Positions 17,930 through 28,200 of a DNA stretch of 39,390 bases are shown one piece after another. This DNA comes from Thermodesulfobacteriota bacterium. Lineage in GTDB: Bacteria; Desulfobacterota; SM23-61. The translations under genes and the position numbers were made by a program. The stretch covers positions 1-39,390 of the forward strand of contig JASEHN010000001.1 in assembly GCA_030018715.1 (NCBI GenBank), in the 5' to 3' direction. How positions within the stretch are numbered: the stretch's first letter is position 1; each line of letters starts with the position of its first letter. The notes beneath the pieces are model-generated. The model did no database searches. It saw only the letters and a program-made list of their open reading frames with translations, and was not told the DNA's origin.

Positions 17930-19147
17930 ATGGAATTTGATAAGACCGAAAGCGCCAAGTGGTCTCTGGCCGTCAATGAGGCGATGGACCAATATGAGCA
18001 GGCCAAGGAAGCGGCTCTGGCGGATAATGCCGCCCGGGGTTTCCCGGCGCCGAGCGGGGCCTCTCTCGCCGACCTCTTGACGGCGGGAACTGAGGTCAAG
18101 CGGAAGCTGGCTGGAGCCAATGGCAAACTCTATGAGGAAAAAAGGGAGCGGATATTCAAGGTCGCCGAATTTGCGATGGTCCTGGCCGTGCAGGTTGCCA
18201 AGCTGGTGATGCAGGCATACAAAGAGACGATCCTGAACCAGGTCGCCATAGAGCAGGCCGAAGCGGACGCTAAGGAGCAGCGGGGTCGGGCGGACGTGGA
18301 GCGCCTCAATGCCGCAACCGAAGTTCGCCAGGCGGCGATTATCCAAGCCAAGGCGGCGGCAGAGCAGGAGATCAACCAATACCGCCAGCAGTTAGTGGAT
18401 GCCGAAACGGTCACCCTGGACGCTGAGAAGATTCTGATTAACGCCCAGGTGGAGACGGCAGAGGCCCGGTTAGCCATCATCGACTCGATTTACCAGGTGA
18501 TAGCTGCTGAGGACCTGGTGCTGGCCGCCGAAAACCGGCGGGTGGCGGCTCTGGAGATAGTCATGGAGGCCCATACCCGGATCGCCGCCATTAAGAAAGA
18601 GACCGTTCCCTATCACGAGGCGAAAGCCGTTGCCAGGGAGAAGCTGGCAGAGGCCGTTACCCAGGATGCCGCCACCAGGGAAGAACTGGAGAAGTTGGGT
18701 TACGACCGCCTCCGGTTGAAAGAGGCTCAGGAAGATCAGGAGCATCAGATACGGGACGCCGAATTGGACTATGAACTGGCCAAGGAAGCCCATGCCCGGG
18801 CCACTATGGCGGAAGAATTAGCCAGGGTTCAGTCTCGCCGACTCCTGCAAGAGTATGCCAATCAGGTGCGGGATGAGATTTTGGCTAAGAAGAAGGCCCT
18901 GGAGGAAGCCGGGGTGGTGTTCAAGTTGGAGACGGCCCTGGCCCGAAAGCAGATCGATGTGGACGGGGACATTAGCCTTTCAAATTATGACGTGGGGTTG
19001 GCGGCGGTTGAATTGGCGGCTCAGTTGGCTTATATCCAATCAGTCGCCGTGAGCAAAGCGGCCACGGTCTCGGCAAGCGGCGCCCAAGTTTACCGGACCG
19101 ACACCACGACCCTTTTCTCCAGAAGGATTCGCAGGGGGAGCATCTAA
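17930..19147 (+). CDS. Coiled-coil, all-alpha protein (405 aa); possible internal virion or ejection protein
   Basis: Ala/Glu/Leu/Lys/Arg/Gln-rich heptad-like sequence throughout. The function is inferred from position only. Confidence 0.7.
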   Translation: MEFDKTESAKWSLAVNEAMDQYEQAKEAALADNAARGFPAPSGASLADLLTAGTEVKRKLAGANGKLYEEKRERIFKVAEFAMVLAVQVAKLVMQAYKETILNQVAIEQAEADAKEQRGRADVERLNAATEVRQAAIIQAKAAAEQEINQYRQQLVDAETVTLDAEKILINAQVETAEARLAIIDSIYQVIAAEDLVLAAENRRVAALEIVMEAHTRIAAIKKETVPYHEAKAVAREKLAEAVTQDAATREELEKLGYDRLRLKEAQEDQEHQIRDAELDYELAKEAHARATMAEELARVQSRRLLQEYANQVRDEILAKKKALEEAGVVFKLETALARKQIDVDGDISLSNYDVGLAAVELAAQLAYIQSVAVSKAATVSASGAQVYRTDTTTLFSRRIRRGSI

Positions 19148-20304
19148 TGAGTGAATCCCGAGACAAGCTGGATTTGACGGAGCGCACCCGATTTCGGAAC
19201 CGCACCGTTTGGGTCGGCCTGCTGGCGGGGACTCCCCTGGCCCAGAACGAGGCCCTAATCAATATCCTCTATCAGGACATGATAGAGGGCTATCTGGCTA
19301 TAACCGATGAGGCTTTTGCACTGAGGGAGCACCAGAGAGACCTCACCACTGAGCAGAGCCGGGCCGAGATCGACCAGGAGCGCAGCCTGGCGGATGCCAA
19401 GGCCGCCACGGAGCGGGAGCGGTTGGCCATCAAGATCACCGCCGATGAATATATGCTGGCGGCCCGGATTTATGACGCCCAGGTCCGGGGCTTAGTGATG
19501 GCGGCCAAAGAGTATGCAAGCGAAGTGGAGCGGGGTCAGTTGGCTCTGGAGGGGCGCCGGGCGCAGTTGGCCGCGGCCAAAGAGGGCGTACGCCTGAAAG
19601 AGGTCAACGCCAAGATTTACTACGAGGCCATTCAGAAGGCCATGGTGGAGGCGGACCTGGCGAAGAATCAACTGGAAGTGGCTAAAGCCTATGTCCGGGT
19701 TGCCATGGCGGGGATCGATGCCACCAGGGCGGAATTGGAGATCATCGAGGCCGATGTTAAGCAAGCCATGGCCGCTGTGGAGAAGGCTACCCTCCAGGCA
19801 GATGTGGCTATGACCTATGCTGAGGTGGTCACCAAGCAACTGTCGAAGATCAAGCTGGCGGTAGAGCAAAAGGAGATCGCCAAGGGGTTCGACTTTGTCC
19901 GTTCCAAGTTGACCGACCTCCTGGGTATTTGGACCGTGCGGAACCGCATCGAGAACCTGAGAGAACAGGGTATGGAGGATGTTCTGGCCGAAATCCTGGC
20001 GGTACTGGAAGCGGAAAAAGGTGAACAAGACCTCCGGCTTACTGAGGCCAGGAACGCTCAAGAGGTATTCGATTATGAGGGGGCTCAGACCGCAGCCAGC
20101 TTGGTGAAGGAGAGAACTCAACGGGTGTCCTGGGTCACCGCCAAGGAAAGACTCCGGGCCGTCGAGAACAATGCCAAGGTGTCCATCCTCTCTAAGAAGA
20201 CATGGGCCGAAGAACTTACTGACCGTGCTCAGGCAGCCGTGTATGGGAGCCATAATATCTCCCGGTTCGAGACCCACCGCCAGACGGAGTATGTGAGCAA
20301 ATAA
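19147..20304 (+). CDS. Coiled-coil, all-alpha protein (385 aa); possible internal virion or ejection protein
   Basis: TAATG overlap with the upstream gene. Composition is the same as 17930..19147. Confidence 0.7.
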   Translation: MSESRDKLDLTERTRFRNRTVWVGLLAGTPLAQNEALINILYQDMIEGYLAITDEAFALREHQRDLTTEQSRAEIDQERSLADAKAATERERLAIKITADEYMLAARIYDAQVRGLVMAAKEYASEVERGQLALEGRRAQLAAAKEGVRLKEVNAKIYYEAIQKAMVEADLAKNQLEVAKAYVRVAMAGIDATRAELEIIEADVKQAMAAVEKATLQADVAMTYAEVVTKQLSKIKLAVEQKEIAKGFDFVRSKLTDLLGIWTVRNRIENLREQGMEDVLAEILAVLEAEKGEQDLRLTEARNAQEVFDYEGAQTAASLVKERTQRVSWVTAKERLRAVENNAKVSILSKKTWAEELTDRAQAAVYGSHNISRFETHRQTEYVSK

Positions 20305-20306
20305 CC

Positions 20307-21263
20307 ATGAACGGCCAAGATACCTTAGAACGGTTGGAAGAATTATTTCCCTCCCGAAACGAGACTCTGGAGGCCACTTGGTGGTTGTTCCGAGATGAAC
20401 CCGGGATGGACGATATTTACGAGCAGGCGGGCGATTCCCTGGAGGAGATGTTCAAGGCTTTCGAGATGTATCCGGTCAATGTAGATGGGGACCGGGTTCT
20501 ATACCTAGCCCGCTTTGAGATAGGGAAGTATGGGGAGGATTTACAATTCCCCGAGGCCAAGATCGTTGCGGGTGATGTGCTCGGGTTCGTGGACTTCCTG
20601 GCGGGCTTCCCTATCGAATGTATCGAGATGATTATGATGGTGGGAGAAGTATCCTCCAAAGACGACAAGGAAGCCGGGAAGCTCGCCGTTTACCATGATG
20701 AGGATAGCCCGGTCCCGCCGATCCCGGACGAGTTGTTTGAAGGCTACGAAGAAGCAAAAATTCTGGTCAATTATATCTACCTGGACAGCGACAATGCCGA
20801 GTCCATGGCCGACAACCTGGAGGGGCAGCCGGAACCCGAGGGGCTGCATTGGTGGGTCCGGGTGAACTTCAAGGGCGATGACAAGTTCCCTTATCCTGGT
20901 GAGTTCCTGGCTTTAGGGGTCAGGCTGATGCCCGGCATGGTTTGGGGCGAGCAGGAAAGCAGCCCCTTTTTGTTTAGCGGCAACTGGATGGACACCCTGT
21001 ATTATTCTAACGCCATGATCCTGGAGGTCATTGAGAAAGAGGGCTACCCGGCCTATAAGGTGCGCTGGCGGGGCAAAGAGGTTGAGGCTATGCCCACCGA
21101 CTTCGCCGAATATAAAGTGGGTGATAGGGTGTCCATCCTCAAGGAGATACCGAGCAAGAAACAGTCGCAACTCTGGAAAGACGAGGACATGAAGGAGTTC
21201 GATAAGGAGAAATGGGCTATTGCTCCATTCTCTTTCTATGGGGTGGAGCCAGACGAGGAGTAG
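20307..21263 (+). CDS. Acidic hypothetical protein (318 aa)
   Basis: Continuous ORF rich in Asp/Glu. GC content is somewhat lower than in neighbouring genes. Confidence 0.7.
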   Translation: MNGQDTLERLEELFPSRNETLEATWWLFRDEPGMDDIYEQAGDSLEEMFKAFEMYPVNVDGDRVLYLARFEIGKYGEDLQFPEAKIVAGDVLGFVDFLAGFPIECIEMIMMVGEVSSKDDKEAGKLAVYHDEDSPVPPIPDELFEGYEEAKILVNYIYLDSDNAESMADNLEGQPEPEGLHWWVRVNFKGDDKFPYPGEFLALGVRLMPGMVWGEQESSPFLFSGNWMDTLYYSNAMILEVIEKEGYPAYKVRWRGKEVEAMPTDFAEYKVGDRVSILKEIPSKKQSQLWKDEDMKEFDKEKWAIAPFSFYGVEPDEE

Positions 21264-21275
21264 GAGGGGCAAGCT

Positions 21276-22295
21276 ATGGGTTTTACCACGGACATTTACG
21301 ACGACGTGGACCAGCAGAATCTAAGGTTGGCGGCGGCGGACCGGGCGGATGCGGCCCGGACAGAAGCGGCCAATCTGCGGCAGGCGGTCCCCCCGAATAC
21401 CGGGGAGCGCAGCTTCGGTTTTCGGTCAGGGGCGGCCACGCCGGGAGGGGTGGCCGAACGACATTTCAGCCTGGCGGCCGCGGCGGGGAAGGAATTGGGA
21501 GCGCCCACTTCTTTTAATGCCGGAGCCGGGGCCCCCGCCCCCATCGGGGTGATCCGGGGCACGACGTCGACATACGCTACGGATACCGGAGGCCCCCAGC
21601 CCCAGGAGTTCGCCACGCCCTTGCAAGCGCGGCAGGCATTCAACCGGGCGGGAGGGCAAGGGGAATATGAGCCGGCGGAAGGGCCCAGGCTCCGCATAGC
21701 GGCGGACGTTTACAACAAACGCCCGGACCTGGTGGCCCAAGCCCGTCTTGTCGCCGAGAAGGGGTTCAGGGATGTCCTGACTGAGCGGTTGCTGAAGGAG
21801 TATGGGGTGGAGGACATGGAGAAGGGTTTGGTCTTGCCGCCCGCTATCCAGAGGTTGGCCCTGGGGCATCGCCCGCAGAGCAAAGAGGAAGTGGAGGGCA
21901 TCCTTCAGCAGATCGCTCCGGAGGGTGGGAAGATTAAGGCGGCCAATCTGTGGAACGATCCCAAAACCGGCATGGCCATGCGCCGGCAACTTTTGGCCAC
22001 GACTGCCGATCCCGCGGAGCAGAAACGAATTAAGGAGGAAGTGGTTACGCCGAAAACCCTGGAATGGTTTGAGGGGCGGCGGCATCAGGGACAGCCTCCT
22101 CCAAAAAAAGTTGAGCCAACTTTCTCGGTGAACCCTCTTGGAGCATCGAGGCCTAAAGGCTCCATTTTCACCGAGCCATTGGGGAGTTCTGACAACCCGC
22201 TTCGAGAAGCAGCCAAGTTGCCTTTTGCCATTTATCGCAACATCCTGGAATCGCGGGAAGACGAAGCTGGTGTTCCGCTGCGTCTCCGACGCTAA
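21276..22295 (+). CDS. Hypothetical protein (339 aa)
   Basis: GGAGGGGCAAGCT-ATG RBS. The N-terminal third is Ala/Gly/Pro-rich and the remainder is helical. Confidence 0.65.
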   Translation: MGFTTDIYDDVDQQNLRLAAADRADAARTEAANLRQAVPPNTGERSFGFRSGAATPGGVAERHFSLAAAAGKELGAPTSFNAGAGAPAPIGVIRGTTSTYATDTGGPQPQEFATPLQARQAFNRAGGQGEYEPAEGPRLRIAADVYNKRPDLVAQARLVAEKGFRDVLTERLLKEYGVEDMEKGLVLPPAIQRLALGHRPQSKEEVEGILQQIAPEGGKIKAANLWNDPKTGMAMRRQLLATTADPAEQKRIKEEVVTPKTLEWFEGRRHQGQPPPKKVEPTFSVNPLGASRPKGSIFTEPLGSSDNPLREAAKLPFAIYRNILESREDEAGVPLRLRR

Positions 22296-22297
22296 TC

Positions 22298-25200
22298 ATG
22301 CAGGGGAGATCAATGCCTTTTCTGGATGAAGAACAGGGTCTAACGAGTCTAAGATCGGCAGCGGCTACTCCGTCGGTAGAGGCTCCTAAACTGCCGTCCG
22401 GTTGGTGGGATACCCCTGCCGAACCCGCTTCTGCCGAGTCCGTTGACCTCCCCAAATTCATGTCGGAAAGCGATTTTGACTATCAGGCGGGGCGCCAGGA
22501 GCACCTGGCTCGGAAGAAGGAAGCCGAGGCGGTGGAGGTGGAGCGGAGCCTGCCGGGGGAAATCGGGGCTTCGGTAGTCCGGGGGGCCTTGGTCCTCGCC
22601 AAGCTGCCGGTGCAGGTGGCCAAGATCGTCGGGGCCGATGTCCTGGGGAGCGAGACGGTCAAGAAGGCCGCGGTGCCCATTATCGAGGGCATTGAGGACA
22701 TAGCCGAGTCCCCGGATTGGAAACCTTCCAAGTGGGCGGGCGGCGAACCCATCGACCTGGACAGGATCATTTCCAACCCCCGGGAGGTCATCGGCCAGAT
22801 CACCTCCCAGGCCACCAATCCTCGGTTCTGGGCCTCGCAGTTGCCGGAAGGGGCCATGTCCATGATCCCTGTCATCGTGGGGGCCTGGGCGCCCCGGGCG
22901 GTGGCTATGGCCAGGAATCTGGGCACGGCCCTGGAGGCGGCCAAGGTCGCAGGCGATACCGCCAAAATTGTCGAGATCGGCAAGAAATTGAATCGTCTGA
23001 GCATCATCGGCATGTACGGTATGGCCATGGCGATGGAGGCGGGCCAGGCGGAGGAAAAGGTCCGGGAGTATGAACTGAAGAACCCGGACAAGCCCATCCC
23101 TTGGGCCAACAGGGTGATTTCCATCCTGGGAACCGGAGTAGTAGCCGGCGGCCTGGAAGCCCTGTCTTTTGGCCGGGTGTTCATGGGGAAATACGGCGGC
23201 AAAGTTGGCCTCCCGGAGATGATCAAGCAGGTCTTTGCCGGGAAGGAAGGCGGTCTGATCGTTCGCAAGATCCTGGACAGCGTGGCCACGGAAGGAGTGA
23301 CGGAAGGGGCGCAGTCCTTTGTAGAGAACGCCTTTGCCAAGTGGGGTTTCGACGCCGATCAGAAATTAACGGAAGGCATCGTTGAAAGCGTTCTCATCGG
23401 CGCGGCCCTGGGAGGCATCAGTGGAACTTTCGCCGGCCTCAATGTGCGCCACAAGGCCGTAAAGGAAGTGGCGGCCCGAATCCAAGAAACCAGGCGCCTG
23501 TCAGAGGAAGAATATCAGAGCACCTTGCAAGCGGCAGAAGAGGGGGCGGCTCGGGGTGAGGTCGTCAGGCAGATGCGGCCGCCTGAAGAGGTGGAGGCGC
23601 CGTCCCCCTACACCATCAGAGATTTACGGGAACGGCCACGGGTTGAACAAGAAATCCCTCCGGGTGAAACACCTCTTGTAGATGAGATGGGGCGTCCTAT
23701 CCGGCCCACAGAGGAAGACGCGAGGCTTCGAGAGATATTAGCGAAGCCCGCCTGGGAACGCACTGCCGATGAGAAGCTCTGGGCTGACCGCTACCGGAGA
23801 GAACTTGACGCCCTGGGCGAAACCATCACCGGGAAAACACCCCGGCCTGCACCTCAAAGGCTGATAGTCCCGCCGGCCTTTGGCGGGCCGCGTCCGGCGA
23901 CTCCGACACCCATGGGGGTGGCCGGAGCAGAAGCGGTTGCGGTGGCCACCGCACCAGAAGCTCCCAACTTGAATGAGCGGGTCAGCCAGTTGATTGCCGC
24001 AGTGGAAGAGACGGGAGACCCGAACGCAGCCCAAGAACTGAATGGGATTCTCATTGCCAACCAAAAAGAGATTGGGGATCTCTTCCGAGTGCCTGAGAGA
24101 GAGATTCCCGGCTTGAAGCCCATCGCCGACCGCCTGGAGAGCCTTATCCGCCAGGTAGAGGAAACCGGGGACCCCAAAGCCGCCCTGGAATTGCACGGCC
24201 TCCTGGCTGCCAACCGGGATGTCTTAAGCGGAGTTGTGCGCCGGGAAATTGCGGGGAGAAGCGGGTTGCCCCAGGCCCCCATGGGAGTCACCGGGGCAGA
24301 AGTGGCAGAGGCGGCCACCAAGAAACCTACACCGGCCCCAGGAGCGACGGTGGCGGCCCCTGGCGCCCCCCCTTCGCCAGGGGCCACCCCACCCGTCGCT
24401 CCGGAGCCGATCACCCCGCCCCTGACCCAGGGGAGCAATCTGGGCAAAGAGGCCATTGCCATTACCGCCCGGGGGACGGAAGTTAAGACACAATTCGCCG
24501 TCGTGGAGGCGGATGACCTGACTGTCTCCCATGATGATGGCCTGGACGAGAACCCCGACTATCCCCAAGAACTCCAGCCCCGAGACCGGACCCGAGCCGC
24601 CTCCAAATTGCAAGTTGCCGAGATTGCAAACAACCCGAATCCGCGTCGTCTGGCGGACAACCCCATGGCTTCGGACGGCGCCCCCATTATTGGCCCCGAC
24701 TTTTTGATGGAATCGGGCAACGCCCGCACCATCGCATTAAAGCGGGTCTATAACAACAAGGGATACGAAGCGCAGGCCACCAAGTATAAGAATTGGCTTA
24801 TTGACCATGCCCAGGGGTTCGGGCTTGACCCCGATGTGGTCCGGCAGGCCAAGGCCCCCATCCTTGTCAGAGTGAGGACAGAGGAAGTCGGACCCCAAGA
24901 TAGGGAGCAGCTGGTCCGGGAGTTCAACGAGCGCACCACTGCCCCCATGAGCCCTGTGGAACAGGCGCGAAGTGATGCCCAGGCCATGCTGGACAGCAAT
25001 ATTCTGGAAATCTTTGTCCCCAATGAAGACGGCGAGATCATGAGGGCGACCAATGCGCCGTTCATCAGAAGGTTCATGTCCGAGGTGGTGGGCAACGCGG
25101 AGATGGGGGCCTACTATGATCCCAAGGGGAACATCAACCAGGCCGGCATCATCCGCATCCGCAACGCCATCTTCGCCGCGGCCTATGGGGACGCCGCGGT

Positions 25201-28200
25201 CCTGGAAAGACTGGCCGAAAGCACCAGCGACGCGGCCAAGAATATCACCGCGGCCCTTACCATGGTGGCCCCTCGCATGGCGATTGCCCAGCGGCAGGTG
25301 AGGGATGGCCAATTGTATCCCCTGGACCTGAACGACCATTTGGCGGAGGCGGCCAGCATCCTTCAGAGTTTGCGGGAACAGGGCATCGGCATCGCCGATT
25401 ATCTGGCCCAGGGCAATATGATTGAGCCGGTTGCGAACCTGACCCGGGACCTGCTGAAGTTCTTTGGGGATTTTGGCCGCAGCCGGAAAAAGATTGCAGC
25501 CACTTTCAACGCCTACCTGGACATTGTGGAGGCGGCCGGAGATCCCAGACAGGGGGTGCTGGTGGAAACCGGTGTTTCTATCCCCACCCGGGAAGAAGTG
25601 CTCCAGGCCGCGATTCAGAGAATGGAGGCCAGCCATGGCACAGGAACAGCCGTATCGCCTGACCTACAGCAAGGTGAGGCCCCAAGTGGTGAAGCGCTTG
25701 GCGGCCTTGCCGGGGAAGAAAAGCCCGTGGGGGTTGAAGGCCCTGGGCTTAGCGCCCCGGCCCCAAAACCAAAACCTCTCTCGGCCATAGGCCAAAAGCT
25801 GGCCACCATCCGGGAACAGTTTAAAGATATTGATGAAGACCGGGCCCGGACGGTGCTTCGGGCCTTGCCGGATGCCTCCCCGACGGAAGCGGCCATCATG
25901 GCCCAGGATGAGGAATTGTTCAGCATTGTGGGCCGGGGCAGCTTGAGCGAGGCAGAACGCCGGTTTATCGCCGAGAAGCTGAGGCAGCTCCAACCGGGTT
26001 TACCTGGGCTGGGTGGGGGCGGGATTTTCGACATTCCGCCGGAGCCTAAGCCGAAACTCCCCCCGGGAATCGCGCCCAAGCCCGCCAAGATCGACACGGT
26101 AGAACTGGCCAAGATGTTCTACACTTCCGACCTGCGCGGCGACATCAATCTCAGCGACCTGATGAAGCAGGTTCAGCAACGCCGCAATATTCCTCCCGAA
26201 TGGCTTCAAATGCCATCTTACCGCAAGCAGGTTGAAGAAGCTCTGGAACTGGCCTTGGTCTATGCCAATCGGAGCATCGTGGCCGGGGGAGAAACCCAGA
26301 AGGACGTGGCCGGAACCCTGCGCAAGCTGATCGACCTTTACAACCGGCAGCCGGCCCTTACCTCCCGGACGTCCACCACCATCAGGAACCAGGCCTACTC
26401 CACCCCGGCGCCCCTGGCCTACCTGATGGATAAGGTTACAGGGATCACCAAGGATTCTTGGGTCTATGAGCCCACCGCGGGCAACGGCATGCTCCTGATC
26501 GGGGCCAACCCGAAGCAGACCTTGGCGAATGAGATTGACCCGCTCCGGGCCGAACATCTCCGGTCCCAAGGGTTCGATGTAGTCTCCAAAGACGCTCAAA
26601 GCCTGGTAGGGAAAGAAGGAGGGCCGCAAGAGAACTCGGTGGACGTGGTGGTCGCCAACCCGCCTTTCGGCAGCCTGGATACCCCGGTAGATTTTGACGG
26701 CTATAAAATCTCCAAGCTGGAGCATTTGATCACCCTGGACGCGCTCAAAGCCATGGACGACGACGGGCGGGCGGCATTCATTATCGGCGGCCATTCCTTC
26801 GCTGCCCCCTTGGGCGGCGCCATGGACAAGCTCACCAACGCCGACCGGGTGTTCTTCAACTACCTCTATTCCCGATACAATGTCACCCACCACATCAACA
26901 TCGACGGCAAAGTGTATGAGCGGATGGGCACCAAGTTTCCGATCCGCCTCATCACCATCGAGGGCCGCAAGGCCCAACCCGACAAGGCGGCGGCCCCTTA
27001 CAAAATCGAGCAGATAGAGGTTGCCAAAACCTTTGGGGATGTTTATAAGTTATTGAAAGGAGACATCGATGCCCGCGCAGAAGGTACTGTGGCTCCCGGA
27101 CTTTCTCAGGAACAGCCGGCCGGCCCGCGTCGGCCTGGGGGTGTTTATCTATCCCCAGGTGGCGAAGAAGGGGCCGGACGCGGAATACTACCTGGAGGCC
27201 TGGAAGGAGAAGGTCCGAGGCCTGGTCAAGAAGGTGGCGAAGTGGGAGGGCCACGTAGAGGTGCTCCGGGTGCTGGATTGCCTGGGGCCCCAAGTGGCGG
27301 ACCAGTACTTCCCGGGGGACGAGAAGCAGGAGGAGTTAATAGATATGATCAGACAATCCCCGGAGGTGTCGCTGGAGCACATCCTGGAGTATCTCCGCGA
27401 CCCAAGCCCGGCGAACAAGCAGGACCTTCTGGACCATTACTCCCAGGACCCGGAGGAAGACCATCTCAGCCCGGAAGAGGAGTTACAGGAACAGAAGGAC
27501 CTCAACCTGGACGAGTTCCTCCTAAGTCTATAGGCTCCGGCACCCAGGTAACTCTTCCCGACGGGACCACCGTCACCATCAAGGAGGAGCAGACCCCCTA
27601 CACCCGCTCCCTTAAAGAAGAACAAGCCCCCTATGGCGAACAAACCGTCGAAGTTGTGGATACCGATGGCAATGTGCGCCGAATCCCCATCTCCCAAATC
27701 CAAGGCGTCATTGACGAGAGCGGCAAAGAGGTTAAGCTCTCCGATGAGGACCGCCAGAGCCTCAAGGTTTTCCAGAAGAACCAATGGGTTGAAACCAACG
27801 ATGGCGCAACCGGCCAGGTCACCAAGGTGCGCGGTTGGGGCGACAAGATGGTGCTCACCGTCCAAGGACCAGAAGGGGCGGCCACCGTCAAACCCGCGGA
27901 CGTAAAAAATATCCTGGAAGGCCCGCCTGCGGCCAAGAGAGAAAAGGTCGCGACCTCTAAGCCCGCCGCCGAAGAAATCAACCTTCAGGTTCCCTATAAG
28001 CCTACCTCCAAAGGGCCAGCCATGAACACCGTGGCTCCTCGATACATGGCCGAAGCCGTCGGCAATTACCTGGAGAAGCTACAGGGGGAGATTGGCGGCC
28101 TGGACGAGTTTGTGCGGGGCCGCCTGGGTTACAAGACCAGGGAAGAAATGTTCAGGGTCTTGGGGGCCGAACAGATTGAAGGTGTGGCCCTGGCCATCGA

